Source: an uncultured Chromatiaceae bacterium (GTDB lineage Bacteria > Pseudomonadota > Gammaproteobacteria > Tenderiales > Tenderiaceae). Taken from it: a stretch of 64,000 bases of DNA. Location: contig CAMTXZ010000004.1 in assembly GCA_947085765.1 (NCBI GenBank), positions 17,662-81,661 of the forward strand. The letters are read 5' to 3'. Below the pieces are notes generated by a model, which searched no databases, was not told the DNA's origin, and saw only the letters and a program-made list of their open reading frames with translations. Position numbers and translations under genes: made by a program. This document shows positions 62,370 to 64,000 of the stretch, piece after piece. Numbering within the stretch: position 1 is the stretch's first letter; every line of letters starts with the position of its first letter.

Positions 62370-63080
62370 TCAAGCGATTTCACACAACGCTACCACCTCA
62401 GCGCAGCCCTCTTTCTGCACTCGCCAGCGCACATCAAGATCGTACAGACGGATGCCAAACACCCTGTTGTGCTCAGCAGCGCGCCGGTACGCCGGGCGCG
62501 GGTCAAGGCTGATCACAGATTCGATCAGATCGGCCAGCTCTGGCCAGCGTTGCTCATATTGATGGCAAGCCGCCTGGGCCGCGGTACTGAAAGAGACCAT
62601 CAACGTCGCAACAGGAGGCTGCTGGGCATAACCAGCATGAGCGCCAGGTATGGCGTCCGCATAAGGTAGATAGGGTTTGATATCCAACACTGGAGTTGCT
62701 TCGATCAGGTCCAGCCCAGAGAGCCGCAGCCGGGTGCGCCCCTCATGGTGAAAAACCTCCTCCAGCCTCACTACCGACAAACCAATGGGGTTAGGGCGAT
62801 GGGTCGCACGGGTGGCAAACACGCCAAGCTTTTTATTGCCACCCAGGCGCGGCGGACGTACTGCCAGACGCACCTCATCCTCAAGGCAGTGGTGAAAGAC
62901 AAAGGTGATCCAGAGGTGCGAAAACGCCTCAAGTCCGACAACCGCCTCGGCCCGATCATAGGGAGGGAAAAGTTCAATTTCACCGCGCGCGCCCTTCACC
63001 AACCCCGGCTGACGCGGGACACCAAACTTATCTTTAAAACAGGAGTGGATAATGCCAATCGTATTAAAACTGTAGTGCAA
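62370..63080 (-). CDS. trmO: tRNA (N6-threonylcarbamoyladenosine(37)-N6)-methyltransferase TrmO (YaeB/TsaA-like)
   Basis: FNTIGIIHSCFKDKFGVPRQPGLV, RPPRLGGN..GVFATR..RPNPIG and LDIKPYLPYAD match TrmO. The only in-frame start after the upstream TGA is TTG 63080, with GGAG 7 nt upstream. Confidence 0.88.
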   Translation of the reverse strand: MHYSFNTIGIIHSCFKDKFGVPRQPGLVKGARGEIELFPPYDRAEAVVGLEAFSHLWITFVFHHCLEDEVRLAVRPPRLGGNKKLGVFATRATHRPNPIGLSVVRLEEVFHHEGRTRLRLSGLDLIEATPVLDIKPYLPYADAIPGAHAGYAQQPPVATLMVSFSTAAQAACHQYEQRWPELADLIESVISLDPRPAYRRAAEHNRVFGIRLYDLDVRWRVQKEGCAEVVALCEIA

Positions 63081-63092
63081 TCGAAAGCTCCA

Positions 63093-63122
63093 TCAAAAAC
63101 AAAGGGCCACTCAGGTGGCCCT
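63093..63122 (-). terminator. Rho-independent terminator between the small ORF and trmO
   Basis: On the minus strand, AGGGCCAC-CTGA-GTGGCCCT is followed by TTGTTTTTG. The T-tract ends about 12 nt before the trmO TTG start. Confidence 0.75.
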
Positions 63123-63167
63123 TCAAAAGTTACTTATTAAGAAAACCGGTCAAACACTATACCAAAG

Positions 63168-63269
63168 CTACATCAACATGCTGCCTATAAGCCCCACAAC
63201 CAGCAAGATTACCGATGCCCCGACTACAATGATTACATCATCATCACCCGCACTACGCTGTCCAACCAT
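63168..63269 (-). CDS. 33-aa small hydrophobic (single-TM) protein, unannotated in the ORF track
   Basis: My translation is ATG 63269 ... TAG 63170-63168 = MVGQRSAGDDDVIIVVGASVILLVVGLIGSMLM. A strong AGGAGA lies 7 nt upstream and an intrinsic terminator 45 nt downstream. It is below the 60-aa cutoff of the track. Confidence 0.55.
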   Translation of the reverse strand: MVGQRSAGDDDVIIVVGASVILLVVGLIGSMLM

Positions 63270-63409
63270 TATATATCTCCTAGAGAGTATAAAAATTGAG
63301 AACCGCCGTTTTATCCAGGCAAAGCCAACACCACCCGTCAACAACGCCCGTTAGTAACATAGTTAAAAGGTAGTGAATTACAAGGTGACAACACAAAGCT
63401 ACTTTGTTA

Positions 63410-64000
63410 CTAACGCGGCAAGGCAGTCTCGACAGACTCCAGGTATCTCTGCAACTCCTCTGCACTCTTGCTTTTAATCCCCATTTGGCGGGCAACCACT
63501 TCATTCACCATCACAGAGAAATATTTTGGCGCCGAGCGCTGCGCGATAGCGCTATAACATGGTCGTCCCAGGCAATTGAACATCTCCGCAGTTTGACGAC
63601 CAATCTGCTCCGGCGTAGAGAAAAGCGCCAACATCGCCCCCGCCTTTAAAAACGACTCCGAATAGACTACCAGCGGCCGTTTATGACGAAAGCTGGCCAG
63701 CAACACCTCCTGTACCACTCGACGATTATAAAAAAACGGGTCAGGTAAAAGCAGTACCGCATCGCTGTCGGCAAATACGTTTTTGAGCAGGTTCGAAAGC
63801 TTGTTACTAGTGACAAGGTCTGCCTGGATGAGATGAAGCTTGGCCACATCAACGATTTTTTTAATTTCATCAGAGTAGGCAGCAGATGTCTCACCATGCA
63901 GATAACCTATCGCGGCCGTCTCCGGCATGGCGGAACGTACCAGCTGAACATAACGCCTTGGCGGTTGATCAATATAGAGCAGTTTGTGCTGCGGCATTAA
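63410..64000 (-). CDS. ABC-transporter-type periplasmic binding domain protein (ABC_sub_bind-like), probably truncated at the right window edge
   Basis: The C-terminal ~195 aa resemble the PF04392-type family as I recall it (DAVLLLPDPFFYN, PLVVYSESFLKAGAMLALFSTPEQIGRQTAEM). The frame remains open to position 64000, so the Met at 63997 may be internal. Confidence 0.5.
   Translation of the reverse strand, partial: LMPQHKLLYIDQPPRRYVQLVRSAMPETAAIGYLHGETSAAYSDEIKKIVDVAKLHLIQADLVTSNKLSNLLKNVFADSDAVLLLPDPFFYNRRVVQEVLLASFRHKRPLVVYSESFLKAGAMLALFSTPEQIGRQTAEMFNCLGRPCYSAIAQRSAPKYFSVMVNEVVARQMGIKSKSAEELQRYLESVETALPR

Overview
This window looks like core chromosome from a Gammaproteobacterium. I support 52 protein-coding genes, two of them truncated at the window edges, and one tRNA-Leu(CAA). 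I saw no rRNA, CRISPR array, transposase, integrase or phage gene. Most genes are recognisable housekeeping blocks. These are ampD-mak-vanZ; a Na+/H+ antiporter; dxs; queD-folE2; glyA-nrdR-ribD-ribE-ribB(A)-ribH-nusB-thiL-pgpA; secF-secD-yajC-tgt-queA next to tRNA-Leu; a glycogen cluster (glgB divergent from glgC-GH57-malQ, plus a second glgC); leuC-leuD-leuB-asd-asd paralog-fimV with a divergent LysR regulator; an MCP; rlmKL; fabA-fabB; and trmO. From memory, several of these orders match Pseudomonas-type synteny. Many ORF-track entries start at upstream TTG/GTG codons, so I re-set starts where homology, Shine-Dalgarno sequences or stop/start overlaps (ATGA, TGATG, TAATG) argue for it. I found no complete, clearly novel multi-gene system. 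The least explained loci are: (1) a 1254-aa surface protein (1840-5604) in which HAF repeats appear interrupted by about 14 Asp-box blades, followed by a DUF11-like domain and a [10 protein letters not shown] tail; (2) an orphan ~890-aa lipoprotein (31272-33947) with its own terminator, sitting among glycogen genes; (3) a translationally coupled pair (53056-56234) of a VWA/MIDAS membrane protein with a His-rich AEHA repeat tract and a TM/coiled-coil/hyper-acidic protein; (4) an unannotated 33-aa membrane peptide gene with a terminator just upstream of a TTG-start trmO. Smaller observations include REP-like palindromes, a RibB fusion with an apparently degenerate GTP cyclohydrolase II domain, and short intergenic direct repeats. 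All family assignments come from reading the sequence against remembered motifs, not from searches.
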